This document shows, in pieces, positions 24,423 to 38,678 of a stretch of DNA of 64,000 nt; position 1 is the first letter of the stretch; the number at the start of each line of letters is the position of its first letter. The position numbers were made by a program, and so were the translations under genes. Origin of the DNA: an uncultured virus (IMG/VR IMGVR_UViG_3300002231_000753) (taxonomy: Duplodnaviria; Heunggongvirae; Uroviricota; Caudoviricetes; Schitoviridae); IMG/VR virus record IMGVR_UViG_3300002231_000753, positions 1 to 64,000 of that record. The stretch is one strand, 5' to 3'. The notes under the pieces were generated by a model, which had not been told where the DNA came from, did no database searches, and was given only the letters and a program-made list of their open reading frames with translations.

Positions 24423-24903
24423 CAACACGAATCTCTCTATCGAGGATTTGGCAGGATTACTTAACTTTGATCCAAGTACGATAACTACCCCCGGTCAAAT
24501 GAACCTCAGTGCTTATCAAGAAGGTATGCAAGCAGGTGGTGGAATGTTTCCTGGTATTGGTATGCCCAATTTAGATGGCATAGATACTTCTATGTTCGGT
24601 GGAAATAATCAGCAAGCTCCTGGAGGCATGTCCAATGCTTGGGGCAATGTAAATAAATCATTAGCTACTATTGGCGGATTAGCCCAAGCATGGCAGGGCC
24701 TTAAGCAATTGGATCTAGCACGAGATCAATTCCGATTCCAGAAAGGCGCCTTTAATACTAATCTCGCTAACCAAGCCAAAGATGTTAATCGACGTTTGGG
24801 AGATCGCCAGAAAGCACGTATAGGTAGTTCTCGTGCAGGTGCATATGAATCAGTAGGTAAGTATCTAAACAAGCACTCCGTATCTGGCGACCCAATCAGC
24901 TAA
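24415..24903 (+). CDS. Ejection protein (N4 gp52-like)
   Basis: LARDQFRFQK.AFNTNLANQAK..N.RL.DRQKAR motif. Confidence 0.75.
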   Translation: MTNNTNLSIEDLAGLLNFDPSTITTPGQMNLSAYQEGMQAGGGMFPGIGMPNLDGIDTSMFGGNNQQAPGGMSNAWGNVNKSLATIGGLAQAWQGLKQLDLARDQFRFQKGAFNTNLANQAKDVNRRLGDRQKARIGSSRAGAYESVGKYLNKHSVSGDPIS

Positions 24904-24915
24904 GAGGAAATAATC

Positions 24916-26419
24916 ATGGCTACTCCTATTACTTGGAGAAATGTTAATGCCCCATCGTTTGGTGAATCCAATCGGTTAATGCAGTCCGGTGGTCAAGCAC
25001 TTGCTGGAGGCATTAATTCGTTAGCTGGTGTTGCCAAGAATATGCAAGACCAAGTTAAACGTGAATATGATAAAGGTACTGCCACCAATACAGATGCTAT
25101 CTTAGGTCAGATTGCCGGCATTAGTACTTTAGAAGATTTGGCTTCACAAAAAGATCAATTCTCTGATGCAGCTTTACGTCAACGCTTCGGCGATCAAGCT
25201 GACTTTGGCGCGATACGTGCTGCTTTAGCAAACCGCGATAATCAAATCCGTAGTGATGTGGCTCAAGGTATTCAGCATACAAATCTATTGGCTTCAGAAG
25301 CAGAGAAACCATTACTTAAACGGATCGATAGTTTACGGGCTCAAGGTAAGTTTACTGAGGCAACCGAACTTGCTAAAAATAGTGAAGGATTAGTTAATCC
25401 TGGTGCAGTAATAGAAGGCATCACTAAATCTAAACGTGCCGACACCGTATTTCGAAGAGAAGAAGATAAAATTGCCAGAGATAAATTTGGTAGTGATGCT
25501 ATTCAAACTACGCTTAACATGAATGAAAATATTCTTGCTAAGAATAAACAAATAGCAGGTCAACTTGGTGTACCTACAGATGAGTCAGGTAATTTAGTTG
25601 CTACTGGCAATATCATGATAGATGAAGCCAATCGCGTTAAAGCAGAACAAGCTGGTTGGCAACCACAAATGAGTAAAGCTCAGTTACGTGAAAATCTTGT
25701 AACCGATCTTAACTCTAAAAATCTTCGCACGAGTGAAATAGTTTCATCATTGAAAGCGTATGATCTTCAGCAAATTGAAGAGTCTCCAATAACTGCTTCT
25801 GAAAAAGCTAAAGAGAAGAAAATTCTAGAAAGAAAGTTCAGAGCAAATGCGAATGAAGCTAGAGTTGTGGATATGAATATTGAACGTATTCAGAAAAATC
25901 CTAACTACACTCAATTCATGCAAGCTTATACTGACCAAGATCAAGTTGCAGATAAAGCTACTAACGATAACACTGCTATAAACTTGGCAGATGCAGGTAG
26001 CCGATTCGGTAATTTAAATGTTGGAGAATACAGTAGTAAAAGTGCAATAGCAGCAGACTTAAGAAGATTTAGGGATCAAGGCCATCCTGAGTATGTCATA
26101 TCTGCTGCCTTACGTGCCGGCACTATTACTGAAACAGATGATGATGGGAATACTGTTTCGTACCTAGATGAGAGTAAGTTCAAGAATGCAGTTAAAGATT
26201 ATGGTAAAGGATCTGCTGAAGGGATAGAAACTAAAAGAAAAGTTAGATGGTTTGTATTCGAAGAAAGAAGGGCTAATCTTAGATGAGCCCAATAAAGAGA
26301 CTCGACAAGAAGCAATATTGCGTAGCAGTACTAGACAGAGTTTAAATAAAGTTCCAGGTTCTGAGTCAGATGCTACTGCATTGTCGAAACTGATTAATCG
26401 AACGCTACAAGACTACTAA
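24916..26419 (+). CDS. Ejection/internal virion protein (N4 gp51-like), frameshifted near 26245
   Basis: MATPITWRNV N-terminus, no cysteines, directly before vRNAP. The shifted frame runs on to a TAA at 26419. Confidence 0.7.
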
Positions 26420-26429
26420 GGTCACTTCT

Positions 26430-29400
26430 ATGTCCATAGATTCACTCAAGGGTATCCTAACAGGGGATGTTACGGATACCTTTACTCCAAGAGATCCCGG
26501 CGTAACTACAGATCAACGATATAAATACGATCAACTTGCAGAAGTTTCCGCACAAAAGATCCGTGACATCGACGCTAAAGCTGAAGCTGCCCAGATAAAA
26601 GCTAAACAAGATCAGATGCTCAGAGATGAGTTAACTCGTTTCAGTATATCTGATGAAAACTTGGATACGCTTCCCGGACAAGTAGTTAACACAGTACTTG
26701 GTGCTGCTACAGGTTTGCCTAAACTTGCTGGGAGTGTGCTAACCTCTCCTGTTAAAGCGTATACCATTGGAGCTAACATAAGTGTTCCTGAAGGCAGTCA
26801 CGAGTTAAAAAAATCTATTGATGTTAAGAAAAAACGTATAGAGCATTTGAACGCTACTTTAGCTCGTGCCGAAGAATTAGATGTATCTGAAGAACAACGT
26901 CAACGGTACCGCCAAGAGATTGATCTTCAGAAAGCTCAAGTAGCCTACACTCCAGAAGAAGAAGCGCTATTTTTAAATACTGATCCCGATAACATCTATT
27001 CAACTAGTATTTACGATAAATTAAACAATATCCAAGAAATAGAAAAACAAATCGATTCTGTAGAAGAAGTATTTAATTGGGCAAGTGATAACTTAGTTAA
27101 TAGACGTGACATAGACATTGCTGCTGAACAAGGTACAGAAGAATTTAAAGATGTAGCTACAGAATTTGAAAAAGGTAATGTAGTTGCCGGTATAGGTGAA
27201 TTCATTTCCGGTACCGGAAATGTCATCGCAGACAATCCTTCAGCTGCGGTATTAACTCTAGCTGAATCATTGCCACACATGTTTGCATTAGCTAAGAATG
27301 CTGCATTTAGTTTACCTGTTGCAGCTGAGACAGCTGATAAAGCTAGAGATGCATTCGTAAAAGAACATGATCGTGCTCCTAATGCAAAAGAGACAGCTAT
27401 CATAGCTGGTTCCGCTTTAGCTGCTGCAGGATTAGATTTAGTAGGCGCAAGAGTAGCATTTAACCCTCTTAAATCTAAGGCAGACAGACAAGCTGCTGCA
27501 TTAATCAAAGCTACTAAGAAGTCCTCTAAAGCTGCTAAGAGAGGTGCTACAGGTACTGCTATATATTCGACAGGACAAGTAATAAAAGCTGCCGGTACTG
27601 AAGGCGGCACAGAAGCGCTACAAACCATGTTAGAGCAGTATGCAGGTAAGCAGGACATTACAAAGTTAGAAGGTGGGGAAGTCCTGACTGCAACCGCATT
27701 AGGTGCATCATCTGGTGGCGGAATATCCGTAGGCGTTAACGCCCCATCTGTTGCCAAGAAAGGTGCTAAAGCTACAAAAGAGACAGCCAAGAAAGTTAAA
27801 GAAGTTGCATCTGAAAAAATACAAAAAGATAAAGTATTACAGGAAGCAATTGAAACTGGGGATACCAGTGAAGTAACCGATCCAGTTGATAAAATCAAAG
27901 CTGACATTAGTGAGAAAGCTGTACCTGAAGATTATGAGGATAAAGTTACTCATATAGGGCAAGTGTATTCTGAAGTTACAGAAATGGCTTCTACCCTGAT
28001 AGAAGAAATTGATACAAAGGTAGCAAAAGGCGAAGCCATTCCAGAAGAAAATGAACGCCTAAGTGAAGTCTTACAATTAGTTGAGCAGGTAAAAGGTTTA
28101 CGTAAGCAGACTACAGTACAGCCTACAGAATTAGCTGAAGTAGTTAAGAGATTGGCTTCAATCAAAGAACCTACTGCACAAACTACAGAAGACGTAGCTA
28201 CAGTGTTTGGATCGCATAGAGTGAATCCGGGTAGCGTTTCAATTGAACAGGCTGAAAGCATTCTAGAAAGTCCTGCAATAACCCCTGAAGAGAAACAAGA
28301 ATTAACTGATTACATCGAGACTCGTAAAGATATAGGTCAAGTAAGCAGAGAAGTGTTTGAAGGCGGGGCTGGTTTTATGGGTATCAATGAACATCAAGCC
28401 GATATCAATAGTGCTGTACGTGACGGTGACCAGAACTTAGTCGCTAAGAAGTTAGGCAGATTACAGGCTTTCGGTGAAAAGCATAAAGCTAAACTGAAAA
28501 CTATGCAGGAAGGTTGGGATGCATTCATATCTATTAAAGATGGTTCCCCTATTCCTAATGCAGCGCAGATAGTAAAAGATGCTGAAGCAAAATTATCTAC
28601 TGAAGTAGATCCAGCTACAAATAAGCCAATCGAGTTCAGATTTATTAAAGGTAAAACTGAAGGCGCCGGTACGCAAAAAATACTTAAGGCATTGCCGTAT
28701 GAAATTGCTGCTATTAATTTAGCAATAAAAGAATCTCAAGGTGTCGCTAAAAGGGAACTTGGAAAAGAAGTTACTCCTACTGAGGCTAAAGCTAGTGTCA
28801 AAGAAACTAAGCCTAAAGCCAAATCAGAAGTTAAGTTTGAGCCTATTATTGATGCTGGCTTGGAAGAAGATACTGCTAAAGTAGAAGCCGAAAAAGAAGC
28901 ACCTAAGTCTATAACTACTGAAGAAGATCGACAATCAACTATAACTAAAGCTGTTGATAGTGAACTCGATTTGAAAAATGTAGACGCAGGTAAAGCTGTT
29001 ACGGCATTGTCTCGTCTATCTGCTGCTATTGCTAAGAATACTCGACTAGATACTGTAACCAAAATAAATGATTACATTGCTGACGTTAAGAAAGGGTTTA
29101 ACGAAGCATCTGAAGTTGGGTTTACTGCACCAGAGACTGTTACTCCTGCATATACTCGCGGGGTAGCCTTAGCCGAAACACTTGGCAAACTACGTACAAC
29201 TGAGCCAGAAAAACCTGTTTCGTATTCTTTAGCAGAAACACTGGTATCAGAAAGAATCACTGCCCCAGAATTTACTACTAAAAGCGGTGAAGCTGTTCCT
29301 TCCCAAAATATCAAAACTATGTTCAAAGCAGTTAAGGATCGTGTAGGAAATAACTACCTACAATCCATTCCTAACTTCTTTACAGCATTAGCGAATACTC

Positions 29401-32400
29401 CTGACTTGATCAAAGGGCTAACTGAAAATCAAAGCCATGCTCTAAATGAAATACAGAAATTTAATCAGTACATGACTGATGCTTTATTCCGCCAGTTTCA
29501 GTTGTTGGATTCAAAGCGACTGTATAAAGATATGGTTCAATACTTTGTTGTCGAAGGGACTGACTATACTAAATCCAGTCCTGAATATAATAAAGACGTG
29601 CTTGAAGAAAACTTAGTTTCTGCAATCAATATGGTAGTACTTAATTGGTTGGCTACTCGATCGGTTGATACGCTGACCAATAATGCAGACAGTATTGCTA
29701 AGTTTTTACACTTACCTAAAGACTCTATACCTACTCCAAATCAATTTGATATGTTAATTGATTCGGGCGTACATGAGGCAACGTTAGCTGAAAGCTTAGG
29801 TAAAGATATCGTCAGAACGTTAGGTATTACAGCTAAAGGGAGTGCCAAAGGAGAAGTAGAAGGCAATATGGAAATGTCTCTAGGACATCTCGCTATCGCA
29901 ACTATGATAGAAGGCGGGTATGTCCAAAAGAGAAGCATAACTGCTGAAGACATGGAAGCCATTACTAAAGATGATAATCGTATTGACGATAAGAATAAAT
30001 ACGTAGCAGAAAGGAGAGCAGAGACATTCTTTATACGTGCTATGAGCGAACCAGATCGGTATGGTAATCCCGTACTGCATAACGGTATACGTACATGGCA
30101 GGAACTCATCCGCAATTCAGAGAACATGCTTGAAGATGTATTCGGTATAGAGGCTCTTACTGAATATCCTACCTTGGATGCGCCTAAGCCTGTAACCCGT
30201 AAAATAAAACGCAGTACTCAACTTGCTCCTAAGAAAGTAGTTGAGATTACTAACAAACACCAAAATGAACCTAATACGCTAAAAACAAATGTATTTGATA
30301 TAGCGGAAAAGTTAACTAAAGAAAACTTATACGATATCAATGATTTTGAAACCAATCATGAAGCCAAAAATCCTAAAGGTTTGTGGAAAAGTATTGAAGG
30401 CAAGAACAGAGCAATAATAGCTGAAGTGGATCAGCTACTTGATTACGTAAAAGGTTTACCTAGTAAAGATACACCGTTCTTTATTCGCCATGAAATCTGG
30501 AAGAATATGCGTATCGGTATGTCTGGAATCATTAATCCACAAGGAAAGAAATTTCATAGACACTTGATAGGCAAAGCTACGCATGAAGTTGAAATTGATC
30601 CTAATAATACAGAAGAGTTAGAAGCATTCTATTTAGCTGTAGCACAGTCGTTAGGCGTATCAATAGATAAGCTATCGAAGAATGATGCTCTGAAAGAATT
30701 CAAAGAAATAATAATGCATCCTGCAATTGTTGAAGGCTTAAATGCTATTCAAGAATTGCAAGGTAAAGACGTTGCTGACATACCTCCAAATAAATTGGCT
30801 CAATTACAAAATGCAGTAGTTGCTGCTACTAAAGCCGGTGGAGAGAATACTCATTCGTTAGATGGTTTGGTTAACTATGCGGAATATCTAAAGAGTGATG
30901 GTAAATTCAAGTCCAATATATCTATTGAAGTGGATGGTATTACTAACGGTATCACCATCGGCATGATTCAGTTATTTGCTGCTAATGATGTACCAGGAAT
31001 GCTTAAACTACTTAAACGTGGTGGACTGTATTCAGGTAACACTACTAGCTATGCTGAATGGTATAGTCGAGTAGGTAGCAATGATAACTATGAATCCATG
31101 ACCATAAAATGGCACGAAAGACTACAGACATATCGGGATAAAGTATCAGTCAAGAAAGATACAACTGAACTCGACAAACTTAATAGCTTAACTGTATTTG
31201 TAGGCGAGATGCTTAATCCTGATGGTACCGTATCTAAGATAGGTAGATCGTTAAGTAAAGATCCATCTATGGTTACGAGTTACGGTGCAGGGTTCTTACG
31301 TGTAGTGAATGTATTCAGCGATTCCATTATAGATAATATCTATAAAACAATTGCTGAAAACAGAAATAAGCCACAAGAGTTAATTAAAATAGGGTACAAC
31401 TTGGATACCATATTAGGTAAGCCAATAGGTACAACTCATCTGTCTCCAAACTCATTCACACAATTTGAATTATCTAATAATGATATCCGCACATTACAAA
31501 AAGCCGTTAATGATTCATATGGTGCCGACGTTAAAGATTGCTGTCAAGTCTGAATATGGTAAGTTTGTAGAGCAACGAGGTAAAATCGATGAAGCCCTAC
31601 AACTGATGTTTAAAGGGTTCAAATTGCGCTATGAAGCAGAAGTAGAAAGAGCTACTGAAGCAAAGAATGGGGATTTACCTACTCGTGAAGAGAAGACGTA
31701 AAATACTAGATCAACTGTTAAATTCTCAGCCTATCTTTAAATCCTTCTTTTCAAGAGGTAGAAAAGATGGGATTTTAGTAATGGACAAAGAATCCGAGCG
31801 TCAGCGAGATTCGAAGTTCATTACGCAATCCCAATTTGCTAAGAAAAACGATATATACCGTATACATCAAGACGGAAAGATTGACGCTAAACCAAGTAGA
31901 AGTTATGCGAGTACATCTAACTATTCATCCTTAGATGCTTTCATAGATGGTGGAGCAGCCGGTGCAGCATTAGGTATCCATGCTATGGATGCTGCTGTAA
32001 TGGTATTACTGGAACAAACCTTCAATGTGCTAAACGTACATGATGCTGCTGTGTTTAGTTTAATGGATTCAAAAGAAGGCTCCATAGCATTCAACAAAGC
32101 ATTTAAAAGGGTAATGACTGAGTATTCTTTAGTAGGTGAAATATACAGATCACTCAAGTCTACGATGAAAGTATTACGTTCTAAAGAGCCTGAACTATTT
32201 AAAAAACTTGATGAAGAAAATACTATTAGAATGCCTAATGGCAAAAGAAAGCCAATGCCTATAGTAGATTACCTCGCTCAATGGCAACGTAATTCTGAGC
32301 GTACCATCAAGTTGAAGTATGAAGCTACAAATGAAATTGATTATTGGAGCCAATACAACTTAGAAGGCGCTGGATACAGTACCCAAACTAATCCAGACAA

Positions 32401-35400
32401 ACTGGATTCGGTTGAAGATGCTACAGATAAGATTGTTACCGAGTTAAAAAGCATACCCAATAAAGAAAGACCGATGACGGTAAGAAGTGTTGCTGTAGCT
32501 AATGCTGTTGAAGATGGTGCTAACTTACCTGAATTGATGGAAACAATTATACAGGAAATTGAGAATAATCCTGGAGGTGAGGCTACTCTAGCAATAGCAA
32601 AACGTATTCAGAAATATTTAACGGAAGATACGAAGGTAATTCGGGTAACAGATGATAATGCTCACAAGCATATTACATCCTTATTTGAAGGCAGTTTAGG
32701 TGCATACAATCCTATTACAGATACCTTATATCTACGTGATTCATTCGATAGCTCTAACGGTATGCGTATTGAGACTGCTTTACATGAAATGATTCATGCA
32801 GCAGCAATAAAAGAACTCCGCAAAGATACTGAGCATGCTAGAAAGCTTCGAAGCGATTTTTATAGATTACTTGTTACAGTACGTAAGAATGTTAAAGCAG
32901 ATAAGTTAGAAGATCAGTTTGGTCCTGCAATAAAAGATGTAGACGAATTGATTGCATGGAGTTTAAGTAATAAAAGTTTTCAAACATACCTACGTACCAT
33001 AACTTCAAATAGAAATACCGTGTACTCTAAGTTTACAGAAACACTGCGTAAGCTGTTAAGAATACCTGAAGATCAGCGTAATGTTCTAAGTGAAATAATT
33101 GAATACACAGATCGTTTATTGCCTGACCTAGATCCAGCAGTTAATGGGACAACTTTTGGTTCATCCCGTAAGTATGTCAGTCCTAATAACTTTGATGAAA
33201 AGCATAAAACTGAATTAGACGGCTCTAATATGATTCAGGTTTATGAGGACATAAAGAAGTTACCTAATACGGTGAAAGATTCAGTTGAACATGATGGCCA
33301 TTTACGTGGCGTATTAAATATGGTCATCAATAATGTGGCTCAACCTTTATCGATATATCGACGTAAGGTAGGCGAAGAATCTCAAGGTATTTATGCCCAA
33401 GGCAACATCTACATGGAAACACCTAAAACCATGAAGACTTTACTTGATGGTACAGAGATGTCACCTAACGAGGTATACGTACACGAATTAATTCACTACA
33501 TCATTAATACTGCTTTAGAGAATGGTTCCAGAGCAGCCAATGAAATACGTAAATTATATGAAGCAGCATTCAGTTCATCGGCAAATTCGATAGTAACTTT
33601 TCTTCCAGACGGTGTTGATGAAGCTACCGCAACTAAAGAGCAGCTTTCAGCAGCTCAAGAACGTAAAGATTATATCTTTGGTACTGGAGCAGCCAATAAA
33701 ATCATTAACCGTAAGGATGATTTATCAGGGTTAAAGTTTACAGATGAAACATCAAATGTCTTGCACGAATTTGCAGCATTTGGCGCAACCAATGCTAATT
33801 TCATAAAAGCTCTAAGTACGGTGAAAGTACGCAAGTCTCGCCGTAATCCTTCTACTAATTGGATGGAGCGTTTTAAAGATTGGCTTCAAGAAACTGTTGA
33901 TAGTCTTACTGATAATATTTTCCGTACTTCAGGCAGTACTGTGGATAAAAAACTATTAAAACTAATAGAACAGTTGGCTTCCGTCGATGCCCGTAAAAAA
34001 TCTACATTAAATAAAGCTTATGATAAGTCAGCAGAATTCACTGCAAAATCCATTAATCAGTTACAGCGGTTAATAGTTGCACCAGCAGAGAAATTAGCTA
34101 AATCTAAAATTGTTAGAAATAGTAAATACTCTCCAGTACGCAATATGGGAAGATTGATTGATGTGTTGCCTACAGTTCAGGTAGAACCATTTATTGAGGC
34201 TACCCAGAAAGTGGGCAAGAGATTGGGACTTGCAGAAGAAGGTATGATCAACTCTTACTTGAGCGAAACTAAGGGATCTACCAAAGGTAAGGTGGGTACG
34301 TATGACAACTCATTTATTCACAATCTAGTGAGATTAAGAAGTCACTTGGTCGACCAAACACGATTAAAAGTTGCAGGTAATTATGCATCCCATTTATTGA
34401 GCCAATTCCGTAAAATTCCTAACAGATTGGAACGTGCTGCAATTACTCGCGGTTTGATTAAAACAGATATGATTAGTTTGATCGATTCTAATCGATACTC
34501 CTGGGCCAATATAATTGGTTTATTAGATGATAGTTCTAAGATCAATCGTAGGATTAAAGCTGTTGAGCTTGAATTACAGAATCACTATAAAACTAACCAT
34601 CAGTGGTACACATTGATGGCAGAGAACCTTGGTCATTTTATGGCTAAGAAAACTGCTTTGCAGGAAGTAACCTTACTTAACGCCCATAACATAGCCATCT
34701 TGGTTAACACTAAGTTAAAGCCTGAAGGTGATTTAGTTAGAGCTGAGAATTTAATAGATGAATTAGCAACTCTCCAATCACTGAAGTACACAGCTAAAGC
34801 TGATAAAGATTTATTGGCAAAAGTTATGCGTAGAGAGTTTGGCTTAACTGCAAATGCTGACATAAATCAATTAATCCAAGACGGCACTACTCAGATTAAT
34901 ATGGATAACGGTATTACTTTTGTCCTACAAGCTCACCGGGCTAATAAGCAGCGAGCTCTAGATGTCTCGTTTAAGGGCCAGAAAGCGTTGATGCAGAAAG
35001 GATATACCAAAGATCAGTACTCACCTTATGCGGGTTGGAGAGTGGCGCCAGGAGATCCTGAGACTGAGAAGGAATTAGCCAGACAGGGTTATACCAAGAA
35101 TGATGCTACTACCAAGATTAATAAAGACCCTAATGACCCTAACAATGATCCAATGTATTTCTATATTACTAAGGATGCTTCACCGGTAGCTATGATGCCT
35201 GGGGCTATGTCATTTACGAGTAAGAAGATGGCCGGCACCGGGTTAGTAGATATTCATACTCAATACGGTCAATCAGATCCTGCTTTAAGTGGCTACATAG
35301 ACGCTACGTTAATTGCACAGGCGAAAGCTAAAGAGATTGATAACATCAGTAAGGGTACCCCTACTAAAGCCAGTACAGGCGATAATATGCTTATACCGGT

Positions 35401-36802
35401 AGTAGATGGTACAGGTAAAATTACCGCTTATCGTTATATGATGAGTCAGGCTACCCGTGATGCAGTGTTACAGCCTAATGAATCATTTGATGAAGTATTA
35501 GGCCATATGGAATCCAGTATTATTGATAAGCACAATTCTGAGTACGTGAATGCCCGAGTCATTAATGAAACATATGATGATTATTTGAACAATTACTCTA
35601 AAGATCCTACTTCATATATCGAGATCAGTGAGACTTCTTCAAATCACTTGTATCGAGAGATCTACCGCATGTTACCTGAATCAGCTAGACAGGAAATAAA
35701 GCGTGTATGGGGGAATAACGCTATGTACGTTAAGGCTGAATATGCTAAGACTATATTCGGTCAACGTAAATATTCCATTACTCAGTGGCAGAAGTCGAAT
35801 GAGCCCGATGCTCAAGGGTTACGTAAATTACGTAATATGACTAATGATGTTGTTCACGGGGTAGTTACTACCAATACTGCAAGACGTATTGAGTCACTGT
35901 GGCAGGAAACTACTGCAATGGTTAAAGATGCCATTGTAATTAAGTCTGGTACAGTACTGACGGGTAACCTTGCCTACAATACGATATTGCTTTGGGCTAA
36001 AGGTGTACCTGCTAAAGATGCAATAACCGGTCAAGCTAGGGCTATTTCATTAGGTAGGCAGTACCAGAAAGATTCAAGGGAATTGGATAGGTTAGTACGT
36101 GAGGTTACGATAATTCCATCAAAGCAAAATGATCCTGAGATCAGATCGAGAATACAGTTCTTAAAGAACGCTATTTACAAAAATCCTATACGGGAATTGA
36201 TGGAACTAGGGATACATCAAAGTATCGTTGAAGATGTAGATATGATTAATGATCAGTACTCAATCAAATCTAGATTTGAAGATGCCTTAGATAGAAATGC
36301 TATTACCCGGAATGTAATAGGTAATACTCCTGAGACAATAAAGAAAGGATTTAAGATAGCAACAATGCAGCATGATACTGCTGTCTATAAATTCTTACGT
36401 GATGCTACTCAAGTAAGCGACTTTGCTGCTAGATTCGTATTGCATGAAAATAATATGAAGAATGGTATGAGTAAAGCAGATTCTATTGATGATATCGTAG
36501 AATCGTTTGTTAACTATGAACTGCCTACACATCGGTATTTACAATACGGTAATGATATAGGTTTAGTAGTATTTACTAAATTCTTTATTAGAATCCAGAA
36601 AATAGTGTTTAATGCTGTCAGAGATAATCCAGGTAGATCTTTAGCCTCGTTAGGTTTTTCAGATCTATCTGGATTCCTTCCACCAGTGACTGAACCAAAT
36701 ATGCTTACAGGCAGTATAGCGAGTAGAGTTAATTTAGATCCTATCAGCTTTGCTTCTAAGATCTTATCAGCTCCAGCGATATCAGGTTCTATTATTGATT
36801 AG
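26430..36802 (+). CDS. Virion-encapsidated single-subunit RNA polymerase (N4 gp50, vRNAP), ~3,450 aa; frameshifts near 31535 and 31690
   Basis: Motif A SIEVDGITNG, motif B RSLSKDPSMVTSYGAG, motif C NVHDA. Essentially cysteine-free. The short 31465-31701 ORF bridges the two large ORFs. Confidence 0.92.
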
Positions 36803-36959
36803 GGTCATCTTCTTCTGCCCACATTATTCCTATTCCAATGGAGATCACACTACAGATCACTATGAACAGGAGTATTGGGGCAAATATGATTATGACAGCA
36901 CTTACCATCAAACCAATAAAAACAATAAAGGCAACCGAAGCTGCCTTTATCTTTTTCAT
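36792..36959 (-). CDS. Small 55-aa membrane protein (not in ORF track)
   Basis: Manual translation: MKKIKAASVAFIVFIGLMVSAVIIIFAPILLFIVICSVISIGIGIMWAEEDDPNQ. Confidence 0.55.
   Translation of the reverse strand: MKKIKAASVAFIVFIGLMVSAVIIIFAPILLFIVICSVISIGIGIMWAEEDDPNQ
36925..36956. terminator. Probable bidirectional terminator where the late and middle transcription units converge
   Basis: ATAAAGGCA...TGCCTTTAT stem with a C(UUCG)G loop on the - strand and T-tracts on both sides. Confidence 0.6.
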
Positions 36960-36973
36960 TAAGCTATTCATGA

Positions 36974-37336
36974 TTAATCGAATAGACTAGTTTGTTCAGT
37001 TTTACCTGGATCTTTTGCAGGAAGTTGAACTGTGCTTTCTTCTTTAACTTCAGTAGAAGTTTCTGTAGTAACAGTCTCTTCTTCCTTAGTATCAGTATCC
37101 GGCTTAGATGCAGACTTCTTAGCAGGAGCTTTTTTAGCTTTAGTAGCTGCCTTCTTTTTAACTTTAGCTGCTGGTTCATCCATTACTTGAATAGTAGCCG
37201 AATGTCCGTTACCGCCACGTCCAGCATGCAATTCAATTGCTAAATGCTTACCTTCAGTAGCAATACCATTGTCTTGAATATGGTTCTCAATGAGATTCTT
37301 AATTTCTTCTTCGTTGAGTTTTAATGTGATATCCAC
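36974..37336 (-). CDS. Conserved N4-like hypothetical protein
   Basis: I.L.AGRG.NG.SATI motif and C-terminal SLFD. Confidence 0.65.
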   Translation of the reverse strand: MDITLKLNEEEIKNLIENHIQDNGIATEGKHLAIELHAGRGGNGHSATIQVMDEPAAKVKKKAATKAKKAPAKKSASKPDTDTKEEETVTTETSTEVKEESTVQLPAKDPGKTEQTSLFD

Positions 37337-37352
37337 AAATGTTCTCCAATAT

Positions 37353-37913
37353 TTAATTTAGTAATACTAGCATTCGCTTAAATTCATCTGTTTTAACTCC
37401 AGCATGAATAGCTGCTGTAGCGTCTGCTAAATGTTCATTTGATTTTACGTGAGTTATTTGGCCTTTAAATTTACGGGTAAGCCAAGGTGCAGTGGGGTAT
37501 TTATTGATAGCCCATTCTATCATCTGTTCTTTAGTGGCGGTCTTCTTACCGACTGCTGCAAGCTTGACCTCGTTAGGTGTTACTTGGATTAGTGGTTTCT
37601 TCATTGAAGCTAAGATGCCAATACATACTCCATAAGAAGCCATAGCTCTTGCTAGTTTTGGCTTCCTACAGGTATTTCTACACAAACTAGATCTGCATCA
37701 GCAGTAAATTCATGCATAGCATCATGCAGTAAGATAGATCTCTCAAGATACCTGAGAATTCTTTCTTACTGTTTTATTCTTGTTATCGGGCTTACTGGAT
37801 TGTAATCGTAATTCCGTTAACTTGAAGTTACCTGAGCTTAGATCCAGAGTACCTTTGCACATTCCAAAGTTACTTAGTGAAGGATCTAAGCCCACGATAG
37901 TAATACTAGCCAT
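37353..37913 (-). CDS. ruvC: RuvC-like Holliday junction resolvase, frameshifted near 37680-37750
   Basis: N-terminal IVGLDPSLSNFG read from 37913; VTPNEVK...ATKEQM; NEHLADA. Confidence 0.8.
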
Positions 37914-38666
37914 TAACCGAATAGAGACTCTTCACCTGAATCAGCCGGTGTATCAGCGGCTCCAGGCATACCTTGAGTAGCACCTGTCTTAGCTGTACCT
38001 TTGGCTTTGTTTACTACTTGGCCTTGATTCTCTGTAACCCACTTATCGTAGAAAGCAGCTTCGTCAGTTTTAGCACGAATCTCGGTAACAGTTTTACGGT
38101 AGTTATTCTCTTTAGCAGAGAAAATTTTAACTACTTCATTCTGTTCACGAGTTTCACCAGTAGGCTCATACTTACCAGTTTTGATCATCTTTCTTAGTCT
38201 TATCGACTACTTGCTTTTCAACGCCAATAATAACTTTGGTACCGATAAGTTCCATGATCATATCGACAGCTTTAGGCATATCTTTCTTTTCATCGTAGTC
38301 ATAAAGATTGATAGTCTTCTTTTCTACAGATGCATTTAAGCCAGCTAGATCTTTACCTGCTGCAACTAAACCAATAGCAGTAGCTTGGTTAAATCCAGGT
38401 AGATAAACTTTCTCACCTTTGCCATTTTCGTAATAAGGCTTACAACCTTTCTTCTTACCAGAAGTGACATAGATGGTAGGTTTTAAAACTTTATCTTGTT
38501 CGTTTTTAAAATGATAAGTTACTGACATAGCACCAGATGCAGCTTCACCTACAAATGCCGCTTCAATTTCACATTCATATGCATCAGTATCCCAGATGAA
38601 ACTACCACCTAAACGATCCGATTCACCTTGAATATCGTTGTCTACACTTAAGCCTTCTAATGACAT
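37913..38666 (-). CDS. ssb: Single-stranded DNA-binding protein (N4 gp45-like), frameshifted near 38180
   Basis: IYVTSG..KG....Y....YLPGF; GETREQNEV.K; C-terminal SLFG. Confidence 0.82.
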
Positions 38667-38678
38667 AATTATTTCCTC

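Noticed and set aside
27011..30127. Long antisense ORFs within vRNAP (also within capsid, portal and scaffold)
   Set aside because: Shadow ORFs produced by codon bias of the sense gene; no recognisable motifs.
31465..31701. vRNAP apparently split into two ~1,700-aa genes
   Set aside because: A short bridging ORF and two single-base shifts rejoin it. The only cysteines noticed are in the out-of-frame tail (DCCQV). Consistent with sequencing indels.
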